From positions 14,384,001 to 14,448,000 of the forward strand of contig NC_043017.1 of the NCBI RefSeq assembly GCF_006345805.1: 64,000 nucleotides of DNA, written 5' to 3'. The notes beneath the pieces were generated by a model. That model was not told where the DNA came from, did no database searches, and saw only the letters and a list, made by a program, of their open reading frames with translations. The stretch comes from Octopus sinensis. Taxonomy: Eukaryota. The position numbers and the translations under genes were made by a program. Shown one piece after another: positions 1-12,760 of the stretch; within the stretch, counting starts at the first letter, position 1; each line of letters opens with the position of its first letter.

Positions 1-477
1 CACAAAAAGCAAATGAGTGCTGACATACTAATTAATGGAGTTGGAATTAATAATTAATTAAAGCAATAATGAAAGAATAAGGGCATTAATAGTGATGAAT
101 TCTGCTCCAGAGGAGGCAGTCAACCTCAATATTTACATTAACTAAAATTAATTGAAATTTGAATGTAAGGTTTGCTGGGGTAGGGGTGTTTGATCTGAAA
201 CAGTACAGGGAGACAACTATGGACACATTTTGGTCTTATTACACCTCCTTGGTTAAGTACCAACTAACGAGAAACTAGATGACACACACACGTGTGTGTG
301 CATATACGTGTGTGTATATATATATATATATGTACACATATATACACATATATATACACCTATACATACAACTATATATCTTACATATATATATCTTACA
401 TATATATATATATTCAATGTTCATTTGCTAATACACACACATGTATGTATTTGTGTATTTATATATATGTATTTGTG

Positions 478-529
<52 letters not shown>

Positions 530-931
530 CACAAATACACACATGTGTGTGTATTAGCAAATGAACATTGAATATGACAGCTAAAAATAACAATGGGCAG
601 CTGTAAAAAATCAAACACTTTCGCAAGAATAACAGTGATTATTTTGTCAACCCTATCATTATTTATTCCCTGAAACTCTTCCTGTTTATTTCTCAGTTAT
701 CAAAACCAAACTTAGCTGAAGAGGAGTAATAAGATGGAAATATGTCATCACACTACCACACACCAACCCACACAAATACCTGAATTTTCTTTGGTCTTAT
801 TTGTTACCAGAATCAATCTCTAATTTGATGGGTCTTTCATCTCATTGGCAGAATAATTGTAGTTAATTAACTATTCTTTTCTCATGACATTAGTTAATAC
901 ATGAACACCAACATCAATAAAGCCACATTAC

Positions 932-1024
932 CTGATAAAAGGTCATCATCATTATCTTCATCTCCAATATTTAATTCTTTTTCTTCTTTAATTTTCTTCA
1001 CTTTTTGGGCAGCTAACCTCCGTG
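932..1024 (-). CDS. Cav2: Cav2 exon ~10 (I-II linker): ARRLAAQKVKKIKEEKELNIGDEDNDDDLLS
   Basis: 93 bp, tttccag|CA CGG ... TCA G|gtaatg; phase 1-1. Joins as ILE-ARR, resembling invertebrate Cav2 linkers. Confidence 0.82.
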
Positions 1025-2114
1025 CTGGAAACCAGAATGAAATTTCAACAGTTTTAATAAATTTTGTCAATTTTATTTTGTTATTTATTTGCTTAAGCAG
1101 CCAGAAGAAGAAGGGTAGCATTTGTAAACCTGCAGCTTCAATAAGAAAGGGTTGTAACTACCCTTAGAAGGAGAGAACTATCCTGAATAGTTGCAACAGA
1201 ATAGACCCCACCAAAGACACTTAAGGGTTAGGTGATGAAGTCATTTACCAAATAACAGGGAAGGTGTCCCCTACTAATGGACTTCTGCAGTTTCTTTCCA
1301 CCAAATTTTCACTGACAAGGCACCAATGGAAGACACCTGTCGAAGATGTTACATAGTAGGATTGAACCCCAAACCAAACTGTTGTGAAGCTGACTTCTTA
1401 GCCACACAACCATGCCTGTGTCCATTGTAGTAGAGGACATTCAGGTACAAGTGTATAAAACACATGAAAATGTATTTAAGTTCAACCGGTGATTTTCAAC
1501 ATGTTTTCATGGACAGTGCACTGAATAAGATACCAAATGGAGGCATTAACGCACATTTTACACTTTGCTGTAAAGGAATATAGAGAGACACTGAAACAGC
1601 AGTGAATTACAAACACCTATGTTTTAATATTCAGGCCTTTTCTGACTTGCCTCAAAGACTTACAGCCATATATGGCATGCAGTGTCTGTGGTATAGTGGT
1701 TGATTAAATCTCTCAGCTAAAAATTTGACAGGAAAAATATTAAAATAATAATAATGACAAAAAAATTTGGGAAAAAATTTCTTAAAATAGAAAGTGAATC
1801 ATGTAAAATAAATCAAAGTAAAATGAAAATTAAGATCTAAAAAAGAGAGGATGCTGTGTTGCAAGATCTAAGATGGATTACGTTACATTTTAACTACATT
1901 GTATAAAGAGAGGATGCTGTGTTGTTGAGTCTAAGAAGGAAGCAACTTTACTACAGTGTGTGAAGGTGTTATTGGAATCTAAGAGGAAAAGATAATTCAT
2001 GCTATCACTAAATAAATTCCACCACATTGACAGAAGAGATAAATGTCTCTCGACATAACAATATATATATATATATATATTTTACAGTATATATCATTAT
2101 ATATAATTTATATA

Positions 2115-2320
2115 TTTCTTTACTACCCACAAGGGGCTAAACACAGAGAGGACAAACAAGGACGGACAAACGGATTAAGTAGATTATATCGACCCCAGTG
2201 CGTAACTGGTACTTATTTAATCGACCTCGGCAGAATTTGAACTCAGAATGTAGCGGCAGATGAAATACCGCTAAGCATTTCGCCCGGCGTGCTAACGATT
2301 CAGCCAGCTCGCTGCCTTAT
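2115..2320 (-). mobile_element. tRNA-derived SINE, family B
   Basis: GAGCTGGCTGAATCGTTAG head and GAGTTCAAATTC B-box. Relatives near 9520, 10750, 13930, 17225, 18930, 26110 and 26270 (minus), and 15380 and 38150 (plus). Fuller copies carry GCCTTTCATCCTT, which resembles the Nin/Deu domain (from memory). Confidence 0.8.
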
Positions 2321-3139
2321 AATTTATATATAATATATAATGTAACAATGGAAAATATGGTTGTACATGTACCTGGTTGCCAATGTATATATTATGCATG
2401 CAGTAACTGTATGATTGTATGTTGTGCATATAAGGTGCATGCAATCCATGTATGGTCCATTTACAGTTATGTATATAATTATGAGCGTGTATGATGTACA
2501 TGCAAGACAATGGAAATGTGTCCAATCATATGAACTCCTAGATTAAAAAATATTAAATATAATTTAGGTGTTCACTTTAAAACGTGCAACAAGACACATA
2601 CATACAAGACACATACACACACACATAAATGCATAGGCACAATCATATATATATATATATATATACATACATTCAATAGCAGCTTATAAAACTCCAATTT
2701 CTGACACAACACATACACACACACACAAAACGGTTTATAACTCTCCATCTTTATACACAATTTTCTGTTCAATTTTATGTACATGTTCATATAGGTATGA
2801 ATGTGCATATATATATATATATATATATAATATTTAAATATCATGTATTTCAAGGCAAATTAAGTTTAAAATACAACTAAAAGAAAAACTACCACTATTC
2901 AAGGGTGCAAAACATAATTCCACTAAAATTCTAAACAAATGATTTCACTGGAATCTAGAAGAAGACATGAGCAAAGAAGAGACAAAACAATGGAAATTAT
3001 TTCTCCCAGAGAACTTTGTCTGTTTAGTCTTACCATTAATTCCGAGTGCCCCTGAAAATGGAAAATATTACTTGAATGTTTAATAATTCATCTATATATA
3101 TATATACATACATACATACATACATATATATATATATAC

Positions 3140-3170
<31 letters not shown>

Positions 3171-3197
3171 CACATATATATATACATATATATATAT

Positions 3198-3248
<51 letters not shown>

Positions 3249-4523
3249 TATACACATATACATATATATACATATATATATATATATATACATATATATA
3301 CACATATACATATATATACACATATACATATATATACACATATACATATATATACACATATACATATATATACACATATACATATATATATATATATACA
3401 TATACATATCATCATCGATGATGATGAGGATGATATATACACAGTGTTGGTAGAACAAACAGGTAACACAGAACTCAATACATGGGTATATAGACTTTTT
3501 TTTTCATCAGCAGAACATTTCAAAAGTGATTCAAGAACCAAAAATTTCATGCCCGAGACTTATCAAACTTTTTTCTCATCTCAATATTGTTTCTTATGCA
3601 GAATGAATTACAATTCTCTCAGGAATGTTCAATTAAAAATTAATATTGGAGAATCAAATGGAAATTGCCTGTCTGTTAAACAGAGGGTCATCTTGAGAGA
3701 GAAAGAGAGAGTAAAGTGTCAGCAGACATCTTCAAAAGGAGATCTTTAGAAGAAACTTCCAATTTAAATCAGGTAAACATCTACCACAAATGAAAGCACT
3801 GGAGGCCTTAGAAAATGATATTTTGAAGAAGCAGGTAAAGTTGCAGAGTAATAGTGGTAAAGAGTCAAAAAACAGCCATAAGAAGTGTATAGGCACAGCG
3901 GGAGTAGTGTTGGCAAACTGAATTATGGTAAACATGGAATTTTTGAAGGAAGCAGTATCTTGACAACTAACACCAACAAGGTTTAGTTTATTCCACCCTT
4001 CTCAGCAGGAAAAAATAAAGATTAGAAAATCTTTGTGTTTCAATGCCTCAGAAAACATCAATTAAAACCTATTTTAATCACTAATAAATTACCATTTCTT
4101 GTATGATTGATGAAACAATGTAAGCAATAATTTTGTAAATTTTTTTTAATGAGAAATGTTTCCACTTATTTGCAACATTCCATGGTGATGTGCCTCAGTT
4201 AATAATTTACTTGATCTCTAGTGCACCGGGACATGAAAGGGCTTCAGAGCCACTGTCTTATTAAGACCTAAGAGTCTTTAAATAATGAAAGTAAAGAGAT
4301 GATGTGACTAGAATAAATGACTGAATGTAGCTGCAAGATATGGAAACAAAATCTACGTCACAAACACACAAACAGCTAACAGTTTGGTACTGACCAAATT
4401 TCGACTGAAGTTCAAATATTTATTCTTCTATAAAGTCAAATATGTTTCAGAGGTAAATTCTTTAACTGGATGAAAGTCTCTTTTACTTTGAATGAGAGAT
4501 TTAATGAAGAAACATTCTTTTAC

Positions 4524-4601
4524 CTTCAAGTATTCTCAGTTTGTCTTCATCACTGATGGTTCCATCATCTTTTTTTCTTTCCTCATCTAAGATTACCTCC
4601 T
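4524..4601 (-). CDS. Cav2: Cav2 exon ~9 (I-II linker): EEVILDEERKKDDGTISDEDKLRILE
   Basis: 78 bp, tttcag|AG GAG GTA ... GAA G|gtaaaa. Completes KA-EEVIL after the AID; phase 1-1. Confidence 0.9.
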
Positions 4602-5559
4602 CTGAAATAAACAAATAAAACATATTGAGTAAATATTATTGTATGGCAGACACACAGACGGATGTACATAACACTGTCATCATCAATGGTTTCCTCTTTG
4701 CCCTTCTATTTCGAGGCCAGTGCTTTAAGGTCTGATGCCCTTCCAGAGACCAGACACTTTACAATACACCTATTCTAAAAGCCAAGATAAATACACCTAT
4801 TCTAAAAGCCAAGATAAACACACACACACACTGACTCAAGGAGAGGCTAACTGGAATGGTCAATACAAAGGTGAATCTATTGTTTTGTTGTAATTACTCT
4901 AGCTTGCTGCATTCAAACTTCAAACCCTGCTGTCGTCAACTTGGCCTTCCACCATTTCAGGGCTAATCAATAAAGTGCCAGTCTGGTAATGAGGTCAATT
5001 TTTCTTCTTTCTTTCTGTCTGCTTGTCTGAGTGTCTGTCTGTCTCTCCCCGCTCTCTCTCAGAAATAAATGAACTGTTGTCAAACCTGGAGATGGATGGG
5101 CCCTGACAGGTGTAAAAAATACCCAAGATACATAATTCTGTATCACAACAGTGCTCCTATGACTCCATCAAAGAATTCAGGACACAAAGCAAGACATGTT
5201 TGGGGAGGGGGGTGTGCACGTGCATGCATGCATGTATGTATGTATGCATGCATACAACTTTAAAATGCAGCTGGTAGTGAGGTTCTGGTTTGAAATTGCA
5301 AGGATTTAAGGAGTGTGGAATCATCTCTTAGCCACTACAGTTCCCAGGTCTAATCTGACCTAGAGCAGTAGAACCTGTTTGAGTCCCAGAGATGGGTTAA
5401 TTAGCATATGTAATGACATTCCATCTGAGTTTGGAGATACAAAAATACCCTTGATTGGAGTCAGGGTGTACAACCACTGGGAGCAATGGAACCCAGCATC
5501 ATCCTAGAGGAGGGGCCATTCTGATATAAAACTGCTGTTTCATGTGCAGCCAATCACTA

Positions 5560-5862
5560 GGCACAAACCATGGAAACTCAGAGAGTGTTACTCTTGTTAC
5601 AGAAGCATTTATCACTATGATCCAATGACAGCAGATGTCTCTTGAAGGTGATCTTATTTGTCATTCCATCTCCTGAAAGTCTTACAGCAATGGAAAAGTG
5701 GCATTGTGTACAGACTTTGTTACCATGCTTCAAACCATGCAGTCTGCAATGGGACTGAATAGTCATCTGAGAGGTCATGGATGGAAAGTTAGAAATGTCA
5801 TTGACTACAAGAAAGCACAAGGAGATGGCCATCATCTGCAAAGCTGGAGCAATCACCATGTA
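5560..5862 (+). mobile_element. Degraded RTE-like LINE 3' end
   Basis: Frameshifted C2H2-like remnant (CFKPC / SAMGLNSHLRGH) resembling the fingers at 6951-7385. Confidence 0.4.
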
Positions 5863-6899
5863 TACGCACACAAACACAGAAAGTGAGATGAGGGGTTGAA
5901 GAACTCAAAATAGCAACAGAAGAATTCATAAGCATCATCTTCAAATAAATAAATACTCTTCCACTCCAATACATGTACACACGGTTACTGGGTGTGTTTT
6001 AGGGAGATTATAAACAACACATTCTCTGTATTTCAATCGTATTGTTTAGAAATGTATGGACACAGATCTCTCTACAACAAACAGTTTAGCTTTTGATCCT
6101 CACTGCATCGAGAAAGAAACTTCTTCCACGGAGTTTGTTGCTATTCTTGCACATCTATTCCACAAAATGTTGACTGTTTTCAAGTCATCTTGAAATGTTC
6201 ACTGCCAAATAATCTTTTACACCTGCCATCAGGTGATACTTGAATCATAGCTGTTTTCAAGTGCTGTTTCAGCAGCTAAATGGAAAATGTGGCCAGACAG
6301 GAATCACCACTTGACCACAATCTCTTGCAATCACACACTCTAGATATCTTTATTGAAGTTAAGATGTTTAAGTAGACATTGGTTCATGTATAGGTATGTC
6401 CAAATGCATTATTATACAGTTTATCTTTGAATTGAAAAATGCTCAGACACATGGAAATATTTGCAAAGATCTCTGTATAGCAAACAGTATTACAGAGGAT
6501 ATCTTTACAATTGACATGTTGACACACACACACACACACATGTAGGTAGGTCTTCATCAATTTTCTATATTACCAACAGTTTTATACAATATATCTTTAT
6601 ATCTTTTATAAAATAGATTTCTATGCATAGAAAACATTGTTGTATACTATATCCGCTTTTACTCTTTTACACATTTCAGTCATTTGACTGTGGCCATGCA
6701 AAAGCACAGCCTTTAGACGAAGAAATCGACCCCAGGAATTATTCTTTGTAAGCTTAGAATTTATTCTATTGGTCTCTTTTGCTGAACTGCTAAGTTTCAG
6801 GGACATAAACACATCGACATCAGTTGTCAAGCAATGGCTGGGGGACAAACACAGGCACAAAGACACACACACACACATATACATATACACATACATACA

Positions 6900-8040
6900 T
6901 TATGGCTGCCCCCTCGTTATCAAGTATGGCCATTGCACAAAGCTTAACTGTTACTGGTGCTGTGATCGAATGTGACTTTTTTGCCCAGCTAAAGATCTAC
7001 AATGTCTTGTACAAAATTGGCAACTAAAACCTTTACCGGTAATAGCCGGCTGTAGTTGTAACAGGACTTCATGTACCTTTGCATGTCGTTTAAGTCCTCC
7101 TGCCGAATTACACTCTCTTCCACATGCCCGACAGATATGATTAGTATGGTGTGTTACACCACCACCAGTAGCCAGGTTGTCACTCATCTGTCTCGCTTTA
7201 TGACTATGAAGATGACTCTTGAGTCCAGCTTTACTGAGACAGGGTCTTGCACAGACACTGCATGTCAACATCATAAGAAGACCCTTCCCATCTGGAAGTG
7301 TAACAGTGATGCCCTTCCTGACATCCCTCTTTACTTTCTCATGTGCAACTCGAGATTTCTCAAAAGTGGCTGTCTCCTCGTACACAATCCTTCACCACCT
7401 GCTACGATCAATCTCCAGAAAACTGTTGTCATACATCAGCCTGCCCCTGGTAAGCAGTATAGTGTACCAAATATCTATGTGTATGGTAAAAAACTTGATG
7501 TAGTTGATCAGTTTGTCTACCTGGGAAGCACTATTAATAGATATAGCAATTTGGATGATGAAATTCCATATAGAATTAGGAAAGCAAGTGTTGCTTTCGG
7601 AAGGCTAGAAAAGCGCCTCTGGAGTCGGCGAGACATATGCAGAAAGACAAAGATAAAGGTGTACAAGGCATGTGTGCTCCCTTCTCTTCTCTATGCTTGC
7701 GAGACGTGGGTCACATATCGATACCACCTTAAACAACTGGAACGTTTCCATCAGATGTGTCTCAGACGGATCTATGGCATTAAGTGGAAGGACCTCATCA
7801 GTGATCTTGAATTATTGGAAGGCTCTTGGTGTGAAAGTATAGAAGCTCTTGTGTTAAAGCAAAGGCTCAGATGGAGTGGTCATCTGGTCAGGATGAAGGA
7901 TTCAAGGATGCCAAAACAACTCTTTTATGGAGAGTTAACTAAAGGAGAATGACCTCCACATAAACCAAAAAAGAGGTATAAGGACTTGCTGAAGGATTCC
8001 TTAAGAGATGCTTGCATCTCTCCTGACACATGGGAAGCTA
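6900..8040 (-). mobile_element. RTE-clade LINE, 5'-truncated with 5' inversion
   Basis: Minus 7409-6951 encodes the ORF C-terminus with three C2H2-like fingers plus a short 3' UTR. Plus 7404-8040 encodes the RT thumb region (FVYLGS, LLYACETW, RLRWSGH, RMPKQLFYGEL). Confidence 0.9.
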
Positions 8041-8180
8041 TACATATACATATAAATATACATACATACATATATATATATATATACATACATATATATG
8101 TATATACATACATATGTATATACATACATATGTATATACATACATATATATGTATATACATACATATATATGTATGTATG

Positions 8181-8211
<31 letters not shown>

Positions 8212-8290
8212 GTGTATGTATATATATGTATGTATATATGTATATATATATACATACGTACGTACGTACCTACCTACCTACCTACCTACC

Positions 8291-8321
<31 letters not shown>

Positions 8322-9330
8322 TACTGACACCATCAAACACAGTAACATCAGAACCTTCGCTGATGATTCCAAGCTCCAGAAGGTCATCAATAGCGTGGAT
8401 GATCGAATAAGCCTTCAGTCAGACCTACTGGCTGTTGTCCAATGGGTGGAAAAGAACAACATGTTGCTAAACGAAGACAAATTCGAACTGATCCACTTTG
8501 GAAGGGAGGACGCTCTGAAACTCCCATACTCCCTTCCTTCTGGAGAAATTCTCATGGCGTCCAACAACATCAGAGACATGGGAGTAACAGTGGACAACAA
8601 CATAAGCTGGGCTACACATATAAGCAGCAAAGTTGACATGGCCCACAGAATGTGTTCCTGGATTCTCAGAACCTTCCAGTCGAGAGATTCCCACACTATT
8701 ATCCTTCTCTTCTCCACTTTTGCCCGACCCCACCTTGAATACTGCTGTCCACTGTGGTCTCCCTACACAAATCAAAATATTATGAGAATTGAAGCTCCCC
8801 AAAGGTCAATCACAAAAAAGATAGATGGCATGTCAGACCTTGACTACTGGGGTAGATTAGAGAAGCTGAAACTGTATTCACTCCAACGACACCGTGAACG
8901 TTACATTATCTGTATGATGTGGAAAATATTCCATCAGCACTGTCCGAATGATGTTGGCATCACCTTCAAAATACATCCAAGGCTTGGACCACGTGCCATC
9001 CGTCCACAGCAAAAATCTAAATCGCATCACATAACGACAATACGGCACAATTATTTTACCTCAATTGGACCCGCTCTCTTCAACATTACACCAGGACACA
9101 TCAAAACAGAAACTGACCACACATAATTCAAGAAGTCTTTGGACAAATTCCTTCAAACAGTCCCGGACAAACCACCCACACCCGGATATGTCTCCGCAAA
9201 CAATAACTCTCAGCTCGAATGGGCCTCGGTGCCCAAATCCTGAATTGAAAGACTTCGCCAGGTGGTGCTATGAAGTTAGACATGGCCTGGGCCAATACTG
9301 GCCAAAACCTTTCTAAGTTATTCTAAGTTA
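8322..9330 (+). mobile_element. CR1/L2-group LINE, 3' fragment
   Basis: FADD at 8356, [23 protein letters not shown]. Frameshift near 9125. 3' end (TTCTAAGTTA)x2, embedded in (TA)n. Confidence 0.88.
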
Positions 9331-9331
9331 T

Positions 9332-9363
<32 letters not shown>

Positions 9364-10328
9364 AATAGATGAGTGTATTTTTACCTTGTTAACAATTAAC
9401 ACGGAAAAATAAATAAATAGTTACCAGGGCAGCAAAGTAAAAATACTTGTTTAAACCTGCGTTAACTTCATTTTTTATTCATATATATGTATATATATAT
9501 ATATATATATACATACAAACCCTGAAATGGTGAAAGGCAAAACTGACCTTGGCGGAATTTGAATTCAGAACATCAAGACAGACAAAATGCCACTAAGCTT
9601 TTTGCCCAGTGTGCTAATGGTTCTGCCAGCCTATTGCCTAAATAATGATGATGAAGATGATGAACAGAAAGTATTTTTGAAAACTGATGCAGAAATCAAA
9701 AAGAATCTTGAAAGTAAATAAAACACTTGTCAAGAAAATATGAAGCATTTGTTAAGAGTGAAAGTGGAAAAAAGCCAGCGTAGAAAGGTGAAAGTTGCAC
9801 AAGAGAAAGTAAAATTCCTATTCGAAGGAATTTGGTGAGGTTCTACATTGGCAACAAGAAAATGTGGGAGTTAATAAGAATAACTGGAAATGGTATGAAG
9901 AAAGGGGAAAATTGACATTTTGGACTAATCAATGACTGTCTCTACCAGAGAAAAGTGAAAATGAATAATGTTACTGTGAAGTACGTGAGGAGAGGTGTAT
10001 ATAAGCAATGAATCATGGTGTGGCTGTTATAGAAACAACCAATCACAGTGTTTTGAGATGTAAACTAAAAACCATTCCCTGTGTAGATGTAAATAACTGA
10101 CCAATCTCAAGATTTATAACAATGTGGACTTCACTAAAAAGCATCTCCCAGAAACCCCAATGCCAGAGGGTGGCATTAAACCAGGCAGTGGATTGTGTCT
10201 ATGAATCAAGAATAGGAATGGTTCCGTTGTCAGTCAATTGGTTAATCTGAAACTGTGTTAGAGGACAACTGTCCAAGATGCCAAGCAGGACAATAGATTA
10301 AACCTAAAACCACATTGCCGCACCTACA

Positions 10329-10720
10329 CATCATCATCATCATCATCATTTAACGTCCGTTTTCCATGCTAGCATGGGTTGGAAGGTTTGAGGCTGCACC
10401 AGGCTCCAGTCTGATCTGGTAGTGTTTCTACAGCTGGATGCCCTTCCTAACGTCAACCACTCCGTGAGTGTAGAGGGTGCTTTTTACATGCCACCAGCAC
10501 AGGGGCCAGAGGAGGCTGGCAAATGGCTGCGATCGGTTGGTGCTTTTACATGTCACCGGCACAGATGCCAGTCAGGCGGTGCAAGCATCTGCCACGTTTG
10601 GATGGTGCTTTTAATGTGTCACCGGCACAGGTATCTTAACTACAATTTCCATTTGATTTTCATTTTGATGTTGGTGTTAACGTACTTGACTCAATAGGTC
10701 TCCTCAAGAACAGCAGGTCA
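10329..10720 (-). mobile_element. Dispersed retroposon family C with (GAT)n tail
   Basis: GGTTGACGTTAGGAAGGGCATCCAGCTGTA ... CCCATGCTAGCATGGAAAACGGACGTTAAATGATGATG. Relatives near 14680, 27710, 35960, 38460, 47230, 52700 and 56450. Confidence 0.75.
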
Positions 10721-10935
10721 CTCTCAAACATCTAAAACATATTCAATAATTATTTCTACTACAGGCACAAAGCCTGAGACTTTAGGGGAAAGGGGTCCTG
10801 TCAATTACCTTGACCCCAGTACTTGACTGGTACTTATTTTATCAACCCCAAAAGGATGAAAGGCAAAGTCAACCTTAGCAGAATTTGAACTTGAAACACA
10901 AAGATTAATGAAATGCTGCCAAGCATTTTGTCTGG

Positions 10936-10987
<52 letters not shown>

Positions 10988-11425
10988 TTTCTTTATTAAC
11001 CACAAGGGTTTACATTAAGAAAAACATTATGGACAGTAGAGGACAAAACAAAGAATGTGTGTGTGTGTGTTGTTGTGAGGGTTTTGTGTGTAAGCAAGAC
11101 CAACAAAATTTTTTTAAATCAACAGTGTGTGATCCTCAATAGGAAGGAGACTTCAAGGGCTGCTCATGGAAAAATCCCATGAAAATACCATGGGTACTCT
11201 GACTTTTGAGGCAGGTGCCTTTTTTCTTTCCCTTTCTACCAACTACAGGCATATGCTCAGGGCAGGGCCATTCACCCACACCATTCTCGCCACTTTCATC
11301 CACCTTTCAGCAAATTGGTTAGAAGACAACACTTCCCTTTCTAACCATATTTTCATTTTCAAGTGAAACTTGAAGTTGATCAGGGATTGACCAAAGGGAA
11401 AAGTGTTTGTCTTCAGTCCCTTCAA
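10988..11425 (-). mobile_element. Tx1/L1-like LINE, extreme 3' fragment
   Basis: ORF2-end-like peptide (GQSLINFKFHLK..EREVL..ERWMKVARM). 3' UTR ends CCCTTGTGGTTAATAAAGAAA next to a (TAT)n tract. Clade is inferred. Confidence 0.6.
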
Positions 11426-11849
11426 AATAATAATAACCTAACCCCTTGTGGTCTCTATTATGTAATTATACGTTGGTTACAACCTTCACAATAACAATCT
11501 ATATAAATGAGCAAAATACTTAATTGACAATAATTAAATTAATCCAATTAAAATGACCTGAATAATTTTCCAGTGCTATAATCCTCATCTTAACTGATGG
11601 TATTTTTATACTCTGACCTAAATAATGGCAAATCCAGCTACTTTTATATCTTTCTAATCAACTGCAGGTAGCCTTCACTAATATATAAAAAAAAACAAAA
11701 GAAAAACAAGTTTGATTACACACAAACACACACACATATATATATATATATACATATACATATATTTGTATAGCTTACACTATATGTATTGTTGAGTATT
11801 ATCCACCTAATATCCTCATCAACTGTTTTGAGCAAGCATGTAATCAGCC

Positions 11850-12760
11850 TCAAGAAGTCAGGCTACATCAGACATCCCAAACATACATATTGGAGACCAC
11901 AGATTACAGGAGGTGGAGAAGTTTACCTATCTTGGCTCTACCGTCACCTACAACCTATCCCTTGATGCTGAGTTCAATGTATGCATTGGCAAGGCAGCTA
12001 CTGTGATGGCCCAACTCTCCAAACAGGCATGGGACAACAATAAGCTGACCAAGACCACAAAAATGAAGATCTACCAGGCATGTGTACTTAGCACTCTACT
12101 GTATGGAAGTGAGACTTGGACACCATACACACGCCAAGAGTGTCGCCTAAACATCTTCCACCAGCGCTGCCTCCGGAAAATCCTTCGCATCAAATGGCAG
12201 AATCATGTCCCCAACAAAGATGTCCTCAAGCAAGCAGGAATACCAAGCATGTTTGCACTCCTCACACAAAGACGTATGAGATGGCTTGGGCATGTTAGCC
12301 GTATGAAAGATGGCAGAATCCCCAAGGACATACTCTACGGAGAGCTTGCTAGGGGCACTAGGTCTGTGGGAAGACCATTCTTACGTTACAAGGATGTTTG
12401 CAAAAGGGACATGAAGGCCTGCAACATCAATATTAGCAACTGGGAAGCAGCTGCCAGCAACCGTGGAGATTGGCAATGTATCGTAAAAGAGGGAACACAA
12501 AGGAGTGACATAGAGAGAGAGGAGAAATGGAAAGACAAGAAAAGATGTCAACAAGAAAGTATGACATTACAACCAGCCAGGCAAAGTCTTCGCTACATTT
12601 GCGGCACCTGCCAGAGGGAGTGTTTGTCCAGGATAGGACTATACAGCCACAGCAGGAAATGTATTAGGACATGAAATGTAAAAGCCGGACTAGACTATTT
12701 TATGCGCAACTCCATTGTCTCCCGAGACAAAAAGGATGCCAACAACCAACCAACCAACCA
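11850..12760 (+). mobile_element. RTE-clade LINE, 3' fragment
   Basis: ORF 11913..12674: FTYLGS, LLYGSETW, RMRWLGHV, IPKDILYGEL, terminal CxxC..H..C finger; (CAAC)n tail. Confidence 0.9.

Noticed and set aside
292-564. Numerous YI/IY, HT, CV and ER-rich ORFs here and throughout the window
   Set aside because: Translations of (TA)n, (CA)n and (GA)n microsatellites.
6951-7385. Host C2H2 zinc-finger gene
   Set aside because: It is the C-terminus of the RTE ORF, with an upstream stop and an RTE-type 3' end.
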